Below are positions 1 through 8,675 of a stretch of 54,417 nt of DNA, one piece after another. Below the pieces are notes generated by a model. The model ran no database searches, was not told the DNA's origin, and saw only the letters and a program-made list of their open reading frames with translations. This stretch comes from an uncultured Clostridia bacterium. GTDB lineage: Bacteria > Bacillota > Clostridia > Christensenellales > Borkfalkiaceae. Position 1 is the first letter of the stretch, and every line of letters starts with the position of its first letter. The translations under genes and the position numbers were made by a program. The stretch is taken from the NCBI GenBank assembly GCA_964422405.1, contig CAYRAY010000001.1:1-54417 (forward strand), read 5' to 3'.

Positions 1-975
1 GTGTACGACGCCCGTACCGTCGGAAAGGGTAACGTACCCGTCACAGGTGACGTAATGCGATTTTTCGCGATAGTTGAATTTCTGTTTGCCGAATGGATAC
101 AACGGCTCGTATTCGGTGTATTCGAACGCCTTACCTTTCTGCACGGAAAGCACGGTGTATCCCTCTTCGCCGAGCACGCTCTTCAACAGTCCTTCGGCAA
201 GGATATACTTTTCGCCGTCCTCCGTTTGTACGGTAACGTAGTCAAAGTCGGGATTCATACACAAAGCGACGTTAGAAGGCAACGTCCAAGGCGTAGTCGT
301 CCAAGCCAAAATATAGGTATTGTCCGCGCCCTTCACCTTGAATTTTACAAAGGCGGTCAGTTGCTTTACGTCCTTATAGCCCTGCGCCACTTCGTGCGAA
401 GAAAGCGCCGTGCCGCAACGGGGGCAGTAGGGCACGATTTTATGCCCTTTGTACAACAAACCCTTTTTGTGGATTTCTTTCAACGCCCACCATTCCGATT
501 CGATATAATCGTCGTGATAGGTGACGTAGGGGTTGTCCATATCACACCAATACCCCACGCGGTCGGACATCTTTTTCCACTCGTTGGAATATTGCCAAAC
601 GGATTCTTTGCATTGCTTAATGAAAGGCTCGATGCCGTAGCCTTCAATGCCCGTTTTGCTTTCCAAACCGAGTTTCTTTTCCACTTCCAGCTCTACGGGA
701 AGCCCGTGCGTATCCCAGCCCGCCTTTCTCAACACGTGCTGTCCCTTCATCGTTTTATAACGGGGCACGATGTCCTTCATGACACGGGTGAGAATATGCC
801 CGATGTGCGGCTTGCCGTTTGCGGTAGGAGGACCGTCATAAAAGGAAAATTCCTCTCCGCCCTCGCGTTCTTGCATACTCTTTTCAAAAATCTTTTTCTC
901 GTTCCAATATTCGACGATTTCTTTTTCCCTTTCCACAAAATGGAGGGAGGTATCCACCTTCTTGTACATAGACAT
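1..975 (-). CDS. ileS: isoleucyl-tRNA synthetase, N-terminal 325 codons (continues past left edge)
   Basis: Not in the ORF track because there is no stop in the window. Reverse-strand reading from ATG 975-973 gives [33 protein letters not shown]...[26 protein letters not shown], which contains the class I HIGH motif. RBS AAAGGAG lies upstream and a T-box leader precedes the gene. Confidence 0.9.
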   Translation of the reverse strand, partial: MSMYKKVDTSLHFVEREKEIVEYWNEKKIFEKSMQEREGGEEFSFYDGPPTANGKPHIGHILTRVMKDIVPRYKTMKGQHVLRKAGWDTHGLPVELEVEKKLGLESKTGIEGYGIEPFIKQCKESVWQYSNEWKKMSDRVGYWCDMDNPYVTYHDDYIESEWWALKEIHKKGLLYKGHKIVPYCPRCGTALSSHEVAQGYKDVKQLTAFVKFKVKGADNTYILAWTTTPWTLPSNVALCMNPDFDYVTVQTEDGEKYILAEGLLKSVLGEEGYTVLSVQKGKAFEYTEYEPLYPFGKQKFNYREKSHYVTCDGYVTLSDGTGVVH

Positions 976-1031
976 ATCTTTTTCTCCTTTGGAGTGTTTT
1001 TTACAGATTGTATCATCACGGAATATTTCGG

Positions 1032-1282
1032 AAAAATAAAAAACAGCCGTAGCGTCTTGGAAAAACACTACGGCTTTTTTCACCACCAAAACAAACTGAC
1101 ATTTGTTGCGCTTGATAACGGAACGCAATCCCGTACCCGACTACTCGTCCCCTTTCGTCAAGTCGGCTGTCAAGGCGATATCCTTTACGAGCCCCTTCTT
1201 CCTTTCACCAAAACGGAATTTCTCTGTGCGGCGGCGTACCGTAAAGGCGTTGTCCTTGCTAAAACGCCTTTTCTATTTCATT
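1032..1282 (-). promoter_or_regulatory. T-box leader (Ile) with intrinsic terminator
   Basis: The minus-strand leader contains CAGAGA, GGTGAAAGG and GAGTAGTCGGGTA elements and a possible AUC specifier in GGATATCGCC. A T-box-like UUUGGUGGUGAAAAAAGCC overlaps the terminator AGCCGTAG...CTACGGCT followed by TTTTTTATTTTT. Confidence 0.6.
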
Positions 1283-1288
1283 ATTTAT

Positions 1289-1317
1289 ATTATACAAAAT
1301 ATTTTTTCGTTTGTAAA
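1289..1317 (-). promoter_or_regulatory. sigma-A type promoter for the ileS leader
   Basis: Minus strand reads TTTACA, 17 nt, TATAAT. Confidence 0.6.
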
Positions 1318-1332
1318 GCGATTTTCGGCAAT

Positions 1333-1563
1333 TTAACCGAATATCCCTTTCCGTTTTTCAATGGACAGCACGTGCATATCGGTATCCGCAAACACCGATT
1401 GCAACCGCTCGTCAGGGGTGTCCTCCGCTACGTCCACAAAAATGAGTTGCTTTTTATAACTCGCCTTTGCCGCGCGCACACCGTCCAACAGCGAAAGTCG
1501 CACCGCCATTTGCTTGGCACACCGCTCGCAACAAAGGTCGTCTACTCGAATGACTTTTTTCAT
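1333..1563 (-). CDS. small heavy-metal-associated (HMA)-like protein
   Basis: 76-aa ORF. The N-terminal VDDLCCERCAKQM resembles the CxxC metal-binding loop of HMA/CopZ-like domains. GAGG RBS. Confidence 0.5.
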   Translation of the reverse strand: MKKVIRVDDLCCERCAKQMAVRLSLLDGVRAAKASYKKQLIFVDVAEDTPDERLQSVFADTDMHVLSIEKRKGIFG

Positions 1564-1622
1564 GCCAGCGCCTCGCTATGCCCTGCGTAACCATACAGAG
1601 CCGCAAAACCTTACGTATTCCG

Positions 1623-2954
1623 TCAAGGCGTAACGCGGTTGATGTCGCGGGGGAACATGGTCGCTTCGCGAACGTTCTTCGCGCCGAGCAAGTGCATCGT
1701 CAATCTTTCCAAACCCAAGCCCAAGCCGCCGTGAGGGGGCGCACCGTACTTGTGAAGCATCAAATACGTTTCAAACTGTTCGGGATCCATACCCAACTTC
1801 TTCATCTTTTCCACTTGTTGATGATAATCGTGTACACGCTGACCACCCGACGTAATTTCCAAACCGCGGAACAACAAGTCGAACGACAAGGTGTATTCGG
1901 GGTCTTCGGGGTCGTCCATGGTATAGAAAGGACGCTTTTTGGAAGGATAGTGCGTAATGAAGATGAAGTCAGAGTTAAACTGCTTCTTTGCGTACTTACC
2001 AAGGAGCTGTTCTTCTTCGGGGTCGAAGTCCTTCATATCGGTAGGTTGATACTTAAACTTCTTCATGATAATCTCTTTCGCTTCCATAAATTTCAGCACG
2101 GGGATCTCGGTAATTTCAGGAATGTCTACGTGGAGCAAATCCACTTCGTTTTTATATTCCGTCTTCAACAAATTCATGATGTACTTCAACGCGCCCGTTT
2201 CCATGTTCATAATATCTTCAAAGCTGTCGATAAAGCCCATTTCAAAGTCCATGGAAATGTATTCGTTCAAGTGACGACTAGTGTCGTGGTGTTCGGCACG
2301 GAATACGGGCGCAATTTCAAACACCCTTTCGTATACCGCCACCAACGCCTGCTTATAAAGCTGGGGAGATTGTGCAAGATAAACTTGCTTGCCGAAGTAA
2401 TCCAGCTTAAACACGTTCGTGCCGCCTTCCGCGCCGGCAAAGTTGATTTTCGGCGAACGGATTTCAGTAAAGCCTTGTCCCGACAAAAATTCGCGGAAGC
2501 CGCGCGCAATCCCTTCTTGCAACTTGAAAATCGCACGTTCCTTGGGGTTACGCAGGGTCACGGGACGATAATCGAGCTTGGTGGAAAGATCGCAATTCAC
2601 CTGCTTTTTGGTGATAACCACGGGGGGAATCGCCGCAGGGGTCGACAAAATTTCAATGTTGTGGATTTGGAGTTCGTAACGCTTGCCGCCGTCCTTGGTT
2701 TCGCCGGCAACAATTTTACCCGTCACTTTCGCCGCACATTCTTCCTTCACGCTTTCGTCCATGCGATAATCGGAAAAACTTTCCGCGTAAACGCATTGCA
2801 CCGTTTCGCGTGCGGTACGCAAAATGACAAAGGCAAAATCCGACATCATACGGATGTTGTGGATCGTACCTTTAATGGTCACGACTTCGTTTTCGTGTTT
2901 TTCAAAATCGGCATACGCAACGGTATCGATTTTATTTTCGCCTGTAATGAACAT
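1623..2954 (-). CDS. aspS: aspartyl-tRNA synthetase, archaeal/type 2
   Basis: Class II motifs FRAEHHDTSRHLNEYISMDFEM, AQSPQLYKQ and GAPPHGGLGLGLERL. The ATG at 2954 (MFITGENK) is preferred over the upstream GTG because of GAGAGG RBS spacing. Confidence 0.85.
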   Translation of the reverse strand: MFITGENKIDTVAYADFEKHENEVVTIKGTIHNIRMMSDFAFVILRTARETVQCVYAESFSDYRMDESVKEECAAKVTGKIVAGETKDGGKRYELQIHNIEILSTPAAIPPVVITKKQVNCDLSTKLDYRPVTLRNPKERAIFKLQEGIARGFREFLSGQGFTEIRSPKINFAGAEGGTNVFKLDYFGKQVYLAQSPQLYKQALVAVYERVFEIAPVFRAEHHDTSRHLNEYISMDFEMGFIDSFEDIMNMETGALKYIMNLLKTEYKNEVDLLHVDIPEITEIPVLKFMEAKEIIMKKFKYQPTDMKDFDPEEEQLLGKYAKKQFNSDFIFITHYPSKKRPFYTMDDPEDPEYTLSFDLLFRGLEITSGGQRVHDYHQQVEKMKKLGMDPEQFETYLMLHKYGAPPHGGLGLGLERLTMHLLGAKNVREATMFPRDINRVTP

Positions 2955-3021
2955 ATTTAATAAACCTCTCGTCACAGTAAAAAATTTTTTTACTTTTTAT
3001 TACGATACTATTTTAATCCGT

Positions 3022-3050
3022 TTGACAAAAAAAAGCAAGAATTTTATAAT
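3022..3050 (+). promoter_or_regulatory. promoter of pdxK
   Basis: TTGACA, 17 nt, TATAAT. Confidence 0.6.
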
Positions 3051-3088
3051 AGATTTAGCAATTTTTTCTTTTAGGAGGTCAAAATTCC

Positions 3089-3916
3089 GTGCGAGTACTT
3101 GCCATAAACGATATTTCTTGCGTCGGAAAATGCTCTTTGGGGGCAACTTTGCCCATTCTTTCCGCCTGCGGCGTAGAATGCAACGTCCTGCCCACCGCCC
3201 TCTTGTCCACACACACGGGCGGATTTTCGGGCTATACCTTCCTCGACCTCACCGACGAGATTTCTAAAATTTTATCCCACTGGCAGAGTTTGGGTCTGAA
3301 ATTCGATTACATTTACAGTGGCTACCTCGGCAGCGAACGGCAAATCGATTTGCTGTTCCAAATCAAAAAAACGTTTTTGAAAACGGGAGGAAAATTCATC
3401 GTCGACCCCGTCATGGGCGATAGCGGCGCGCTGTACAACGGCTTTACCCAAAGCTATGTAAAGCGCCTGAAAACCCTCTGTCAGGAAGCCGATTATATCC
3501 TGCCCAACGCCACCGAAGCCTGCCTTTTGACGGACGAACCCTACCCCCCGAAAAAGACAACCTGCGGCACACTCTTGCAAAAATTGCAAGCCGTCTGCCC
3601 CCGCCCCGTCATCACGGGCATCGACGACGGAAACGATATGCTGGTGGCTTACCCCGACGCGCAAGGAAGTCCTGCTTTTTACGCGCACGAAAACGTAGAA
3701 GGATTTTTCTGCGGCGCAGGCGACGTGTTCGCCTCGGCATTCGTCGGCTGTTTGGCGCGCGGCAAGGACGAACAAACGGCAATCCGCCTCGCTTCCGACT
3801 TCGTTACGGCGGCAATTCGGCGTTCTGCCCATGAAGTACCCGACAAACGTTACGGCTTGCCCTTTGAAAAGGAAATTTTCCCGTTTTTGCAAAAACTGAA
3901 CAAAATCGACAGCTGA
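3089..3916 (+). CDS. pdxK: pyridoxal/pyridoxamine kinase
   Basis: 275-aa ORF with a GTG start after AGGAGG. The N-terminus VLAINDISCVGKCSLGATLPILSACG and the body are typical of the PdxK/PdxY ribokinase-fold family. Confidence 0.8.
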   Translation: MRVLAINDISCVGKCSLGATLPILSACGVECNVLPTALLSTHTGGFSGYTFLDLTDEISKILSHWQSLGLKFDYIYSGYLGSERQIDLLFQIKKTFLKTGGKFIVDPVMGDSGALYNGFTQSYVKRLKTLCQEADYILPNATEACLLTDEPYPPKKTTCGTLLQKLQAVCPRPVITGIDDGNDMLVAYPDAQGSPAFYAHENVEGFFCGAGDVFASAFVGCLARGKDEQTAIRLASDFVTAAIRRSAHEVPDKRYGLPFEKEIFPFLQKLNKIDS

Positions 3917-3947
3917 AAAATTCCCGCGGGCGAACTGCTTTCAATCA

Positions 3948-3976
3948 GTTGACAAAGCGTAAAAAAAGGAATATAA
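3948..3976 (+). promoter_or_regulatory. orphan consensus sigma-A promoter
   Basis: TTGACA (3948-3953), exactly 17 nt, TATAAT (3971-3976). No credible CDS lies downstream. Confidence 0.65.
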
Positions 3977-3982
3977 TAAATA

Positions 3983-4250
3983 CGAAAGTCTGCGGTGTAC
4001 GGAGTTCGGCGTTTTTGCGGAATCCACGTTATTTATTCGGGAGCGGTCATTCGTGACGATAGACAAGGTCTGTTTTACGGAAAGTTCGAGGCGTCAAGAT
4101 GCGGCACCCACCTGCTATACAGCGGGTTCACCTCCGCCGAGGTGCGGCACAGGCGGATTTTTCCTTTGGAATCCCTTACCCGTTCGGGCAATGCACATAT
4201 TGCGCCTTTGGCAACAAAACCGAGCCTTCCGCTCGGATTTTCTTTTTTCT
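3983..4250 (+). ncRNA. candidate structured non-coding RNA of about 270 nt, class unknown
   Basis: Bounded by the consensus promoter and an intrinsic terminator. It contains many local hairpins, including GUCA-UUCG-UGAC, CACCUC-cgcc-GAGGUG, CCCG-uu-CGGG and GCAAU-gcacau-AUUGC, and an internal repeat TACGGA(AA)GTTCG(A)GGCG. ORFs across it are R/P/S-rich and read through terminators. Confidence 0.45.
4217..4250 (+). terminator. intrinsic terminator
   Basis: Hairpin CCGAGC-cttcc-GCTCGG followed by ATTTTCTTTTTTC. Confidence 0.7.
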
Positions 4251-4304
4251 TGCCACTTTTTCACAGAACAAGACCGCACTTTTCCACTTCTCCTTTTCAA
4301 AACA

Positions 4305-4330
4305 AAAACCGAGTCCCCGCTCGGTTTTTA
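4305..4330 (-). terminator. intrinsic terminator, potentially bidirectional, for the lipoprotein gene
   Basis: AAAAACCGAG-tccccg-CTCGGTTTTTATTTTT, with A and T tracts on both sides. Confidence 0.65.
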
Positions 4331-4353
4331 TTTTTACAGCATTTTTCCTTCCG

Positions 4354-4403
4354 TGTATACCTCCTGGGGGTGCGTTCCACACCCGAACGGAGCGTATCTT
4401 ACG
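4354..4403 (+). repeat. dispersed repeat family 1, copy A (divergent)
   Basis: GTGTATACC..GGGGTG-cgttcca-CACCC-GAACGGAGCGTATCTTAC. It shares the 3-prime arm and the hairpin architecture with copies B, C and D. Confidence 0.6.
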
Positions 4404-4487
4404 ACAAATCCGCACCCCACCACACTCGTTGCTACATAAAAGAACCATGCCAACGCGCTAAATTTGCGCTACCACGCTAAGCTTGCC

Positions 4488-5015
4488 TTACCTACGCCCT
4501 ATAAAAGTCACGCTTGTTGTGTCCGTTTTTTTCATAATGACAGTGAAACATCTTTGAAACGGAGCAGTCGAATAACCTGTTCCTTTAGATTCCTCCAATT
4601 TATAATAGATGTTTAATTGTTCGTTTTTTATTTTTATATCGTCGATATAATATTTTCGGCCAGGATAAATATCGGAAAAAATATACAAATATACAACCTG
4701 TTTCTCAAAGTCTACGTCCAATGCGCCTTTCCCGTAAATTGCGCTATAGTCCTCTTGATTATCAATGATAAATGTCCTATTGCTTGGAGCGGATTCGTCG
4801 TAATAATATTCATCTTCCGGATTGTTGGCGGTTTCATCGTAATTCGGATTTTTATAAAAGGCTTTCACATGATTTTCTTCCAAAAAAGACGGCAACACCC
4901 AAGATTCGGATTCACTATACATGGTCGCGCTATATTTAAGAACGAAACACCCCGTTAAAAAACATAAAAACGTAAACATAACCATAAACAAAGCTATCCA
5001 TTTTGTCTTTCTCAT
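4488..5015 (-). CDS. lipoprotein, function unknown
   Basis: MRKTKWIALFMVMFTFLCFLTGC carries a lipobox. RBS AAGAGGA. The start at 5015 is preferred over the track start at 5069. Confidence 0.65.
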   Translation of the reverse strand: MRKTKWIALFMVMFTFLCFLTGCFVLKYSATMYSESESWVLPSFLEENHVKAFYKNPNYDETANNPEDEYYYDESAPSNRTFIIDNQEDYSAIYGKGALDVDFEKQVVYLYIFSDIYPGRKYYIDDIKIKNEQLNIYYKLEESKGTGYSTAPFQRCFTVIMKKTDTTSVTFIGRR

Positions 5016-5300
5016 AAAAATCCTCTTTATTATTGATATAAAAACAGCGCATAGAATGCAAAGACACAACGCCCTACAATTCTACACGCTATAACGTTTG
5101 TTTACCAACGTCATCTATATGTTTTTCACAGCATAGACCACACGGTAAAATATAGCCATAGTTGGTCGGGTTTGTGTAAGTCTTTCACATTGTTTCCACT
5201 GTGCAATTCTAGCATAGCACAACTTCTTTCCCTTGTCAATATTTTTTCAAAAAATTTCGCCAATTTTTCCAAAAGTGTAATGTCTGTATATCCCCTATCG

Positions 5301-5376
5301 TGTCATACTGCCCCACCGCCTTGGCGGCGTGTGTCATACCGACCGAGGACGAAGTCCGAGCGGAGCGTATCTTACC
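5301..5376 (+). repeat. dispersed repeat family 1, copy B, plus an extra upstream half-site
   Basis: TGTCATACCGACCGA-GGAC-gaa-GTCC-GAGCGGAGCGTATCTTACC, preceded 31 bp upstream by TGTCATACTGCCCC. Confidence 0.7.
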
Positions 5377-5429
5377 ACAAAGCCGTATACATAAAGCAAT
5401 CGTTTCCCACCCCGACATTATATAAAATT

Positions 5430-5459
5430 AGCGGCGGCTGTCCAAAGACAACCGCCGCT
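5430..5459 (-). terminator. intrinsic terminator downstream of the CmpB-like gene
   Basis: Hairpin AGCGGCGG..CCGCCGCT followed on the minus strand by AATTTTATA. Confidence 0.5.
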
Positions 5460-5492
5460 TCCATTCTCTATTTTATTCTCAAAACCCCCACG

Positions 5493-6486
5493 TTACATCA
5501 TCGCAAACTGATACACCGTGTCAATAAACACCGCCAATGCCGACAGCGCAAAAAACACCATGGCAGGCTTTCGTTTTGCCGTCTGCACAAAGTTCCGAAT
5601 CGGCATAAACCCAAACCGCATAAACAGCGTAATCAGCACCGACCACGCCAACGAAATGGGCAAACTGACAAATCCCATAATGTTGAGCGGCAGCGTGGAA
5701 TAATCCCACAACCGCACCCCGAAAAAACCTTGATAGAACGCACCCACGGCAAGTTCGGCAATGCTCGGCAACAAAAAGGCGAAAAATAGATACGCCGCAT
5801 ACCGCCACACGGGCTTTTGAATTTTCTGCAAGCCGTGTCTGCCCTCTTTCGGCGTTCCCAACAAAAAGTACACCGTCATCAAGGTCACACCGTAAATGGG
5901 GCATATCCGTGTCAATAAACACCGCCAATGCCGACAGCGCAAAAAACACCATGGCAGGCTTTCGTTTTGCCGTCTGCACAAAGTTCCGAATCGGCATAAA
6001 CCCAAACCGCATAAACAGCGTAATCAGCACCGACCACGCCAACGAAATGGGCAAACTGACAAATCCCATAATGTTGAGCGGCAGCGTGGAATAATCCCAC
6101 AACCGCACCCCGAAAAAACCTTGATAGAACGCACCCACGGCAAGTTCGGCAATGCTCGGCAACAAAAAGGCGAAAAATAGATACGCCGCATACCGCCACA
6201 CGGGCTTTTGAATTTTCTGCAAGCCGTGTCTGCCCTCTTTCGGCGTTCCCAACAAAAAGTACACCGTCATCAAGGTCACACCGTAAATGGGGCATATCGG
6301 CAGAAACAGAAATCCTCTGTCCACCCATTCCCCTGCCTGCGCCGAAAGCAAAATCGTTTCCCACAGCCACCCAAAAAAGGAGAGGCACAAAAACAAAATC
6401 CAATCCTTGGCAAGCCGTTCCACTCTGTCTTGCACCAACGCCTCGACTTGCGCGTTTTCGTCTTCTAATACGTCCTTTCTTTCCAT
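5493..6486 (-). pseudogene. CmpB-like (putative ABC-transporter type IV family) membrane protein, frameshifted by an internal 391-bp tandem duplication
   Basis: The N-terminal part FFGWLWETILL...GFLFLPICPIYG is typical of the family. The reading frame breaks at the duplication junction (track ORFs 5521-6513 and 5493-6005). Deleting one copy gives a clean 200-aa ORF. Confidence 0.75.
5516..6298. repeat. perfect tandem duplication, 2 x 391 bp
   Basis: 5516-5906 is repeated at 5907-6297 with 1 bp of junction microhomology. The track shows identical 61-aa and 94-aa shadow ORFs in both copies. Confidence 0.95.
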
Positions 6487-6758
6487 CTCGTTTCCTCGTC
6501 TTTTCATGCCCACGACGGCAGTATACGGAATTCTCCGCTAAACTATGTACGCACCGCCTCCCAAGCCAACTTTCCATATTTTCGTGTATATTATACAATG
6601 TCAATATTAATATTTCTTTAAGAAAATGTTAAAATTTTGTGACAAAGAAAAAAATTTCCTTAACAATTCGTCGCAATGTGTTCAAATTCGACACTCCCCT
6701 CGTTTTTTGCCCACGATCCGAAACAGAACCGCCGCCCCGACCGCCGTACTACCACCGC

Positions 6759-6791
6759 AAAACGGAAAAGGCGCGCAAACCCTTGCGCGCC
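6759..6791 (-). terminator. intrinsic terminator of the 507-aa lipoprotein gene
   Basis: GGCGCGCAA-ggg-TTGCGCGCC followed on the minus strand by TTTTCCGTTTT. Confidence 0.7.
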
Positions 6792-6870
6792 CTGCCATAT
6801 TTTATAATTGCATTTTACCATTCCGTCCGCGCCGTGCCGAAAAGGCTCGCCGCAAAACTTCCGTCACCGC

Positions 6871-8391
6871 TTACGCAAGGTAACCAAAAACCACGCCTTC
6901 GTACACTTCGCTTTCAGGCGGCGCCGTCACCGTTGCCACGCTTGCGGAAAGTTCCACCACCGAAAAAGCAACGTCCACCTGCGCATACAGCGTGCCGAAA
7001 ACGTATTCTACCCACACGTCGTCCACAAAATCCGCGCCCTTCAACGCCATTTGCACGTCCGCTTTCAAACCCAAATCCAACGCACGGAGCGCATCACCTG
7101 CCTTGTTCAACGCAAGTCCTGCCGAAAGGGTAAAATCGTTCACTCTCGTGCCGCTGAAATCGGGAACGGACACGCCCAAATCGTCCAACGTCCTCTGCAA
7201 TGCCGCTTCCAAAGCCACCACAAACTTGCCGTAATAATCCACCGCCTCGTCAGGGTTTTCTTCGGGCGCGGAATCGTCGTTTTCGGCAAATACCTCGTCA
7301 CCCGTAACGTCGTCGTCCATGCCGCCGACCACCATGGCAACCACCATATTCACCGCGTCGCCAAGGCGAAGCGTGCCAAATTGCGCCTTCATAGTTTCCA
7401 GCTTAAATGCCTTCAACTGCAAAATCGTCTGTTGCGGCACGCCCAACACTTCCGTAAACAGAATGTTTGCCACGTCCGAATTCAAAATCCCGTCGTAAAT
7501 CCCTTGCAACGAAGTGCCGTATTTTGCCAACGCGCCGTCGATGGCGGTCAACGACTCCGTCACGGTCTGATTGCGGTATGCCTTCAACAAGCCGACAAGC
7601 CCTTCCGCCGTCAGCGCGGGATTGATTTTCACCAACACCTTGTTCAGCGTTTCGCCCAAGGTATCCGTGCCGTCGATGCCCGAAAGGAAATCCAACGTCG
7701 CATTCCAATCGGTCGCAAAATTTTTAGACAGAGTCACTTCCCCGTCCTTCACTTCGCCATTGAAAATCTGTTGCGCAACGACCTCTTGCGCCGCCGCCCA
7801 CATCTTCGCACTGTACTCCTTCACTTCCTTGGCGTTCATCAACTGTTCCGCCATCGTCAGCATTGCGGCGGCTTGTTCCGAGCTCGCAATCTGCCCCTTC
7901 GTCCAGTACCCTTTCGCCGCGGCAATCTCTTCCGCCGTCATATCGTCCTCGATCTCGTACGAACGCTGATAAATATACCCGTCCTTAACGATGATTTCCG
8001 CCTGCATAAACTCGTGTTCGAACTCCCCTTCTTCCCGTTCGGTTTCCGTCTGTTGATAGAAGAAGGAAAGGGCATAACCGTTTGCGCCGTCCTCGGTGAT
8101 GACCAGTTCCAAAACCCCTGCCTCCGTTTCTTCTTCCGTCAGCGTCCCGTCCACCGTCTCGCCATCGTCGCCGAAATATTCCTCTTTGGTATGCACGCGC
8201 ACGCTACCCGTAATTTTACAGCTTTTCGCGCTGTCCAAAGCCGTCGAAAGGACGTTTACGTATTGTTTAGCCGTTTTCGCCGCTTGCTTTTTGGCTTCTT
8301 CCTCGCTCATTCCCGTTTCGCCGCACGCCGTCGCGCCGCAAAACATCGTCAAACAAAGTGCCATACAAGTCGCTTTTTTCCACTGTTTCAT
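6871..8391 (-). CDS. large lipoprotein, function unknown
   Basis: MKQWKKATCMALCLTMFCGATACGE has a signal peptide and lipobox. GGAGG RBS. The long acidic ORF has normal coding composition. The start at 8391 is preferred over 8448. Confidence 0.7.
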   Translation of the reverse strand: MKQWKKATCMALCLTMFCGATACGETGMSEEEAKKQAAKTAKQYVNVLSTALDSAKSCKITGSVRVHTKEEYFGDDGETVDGTLTEEETEAGVLELVITEDGANGYALSFFYQQTETEREEGEFEHEFMQAEIIVKDGYIYQRSYEIEDDMTAEEIAAAKGYWTKGQIASSEQAAAMLTMAEQLMNAKEVKEYSAKMWAAAQEVVAQQIFNGEVKDGEVTLSKNFATDWNATLDFLSGIDGTDTLGETLNKVLVKINPALTAEGLVGLLKAYRNQTVTESLTAIDGALAKYGTSLQGIYDGILNSDVANILFTEVLGVPQQTILQLKAFKLETMKAQFGTLRLGDAVNMVVAMVVGGMDDDVTGDEVFAENDDSAPEENPDEAVDYYGKFVVALEAALQRTLDDLGVSVPDFSGTRVNDFTLSAGLALNKAGDALRALDLGLKADVQMALKGADFVDDVWVEYVFGTLYAQVDVAFSVVELSASVATVTAPPESEVYEGVVFGYLA

Positions 8392-8675
8392 GATAAAAAA
8401 CCTCCTTCGATTTTTCTTTATTATAACACGGATATATCGGCTTGTCAATACTTTTTACAAAAAAATCCGCAGCCCTGCACGCCACGGATTTTTACGGCTT
8501 TTTACCGTAACTTCTTTTTCGTTTTTTCGCCGCTCCGCACAACCTATATATATGCGGAACAGAGTGGCTTTCGTGCCGACTTTTTGTTAAGCAATTCCGT
8601 AAAAAATCAGGTGTTTTCTATAGAAAATTCTCGCCCTTCATTCACGGACAAAGCCACCGCTTCCTCTTCCGTTTT

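Noticed and set aside
1-1590. 529-aa plus-strand ORF at the left edge. Similar long ORFs occur at 1578-2960(+), 6808-8724(+), 12892-13887(+), 16142-17485(+), 22000-23799(-), 26985-28442(+), 34689-36167(+), 38876-40504(+), 40867-41961(+), 43807-45180(+) and 52812-54011(-).
   Set aside because: Each lies antisense to a gene with clear family motifs. Their translations are R/H/F/V-rich with low-complexity composition and no recognisable domains. Long stop-free shadow frames are expected opposite genes at this GC content.
3983-4250. Identification of the orphan transcript as SRP RNA, 6S RNA, RNase P RNA, tmRNA or a known riboswitch.
   Set aside because: I could not find the diagnostic conserved strings: the SRP domain IV GGAAGCAGC, the RNase P GAGGAAAGUCC, or tmRNA ends. 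The size and context do not fit a cis-acting riboswitch. It is left as unclassified.
3995-4480. 161-aa ORF, with overlapping 120-128-aa ORFs, across the pdxK-lipoprotein spacer.
   Set aside because: It has no RBS and an R/S/F/P-rich composition. It reads straight through two intrinsic terminators and a repeat copy. The region is better explained as non-coding RNA plus repeats.
5301-5376. A mini CRISPR array or iteron origin, suggested by the 31-bp phased repeats. The same pattern occurs at 34600-34646, 36559-36611 and 43731-43775.
   Set aside because: There are only 2-3 units of a 12-14-nt core per locus and the period is far shorter than repeat plus spacer. There are no cas genes and no AT-rich unwinding element or rep gene nearby.
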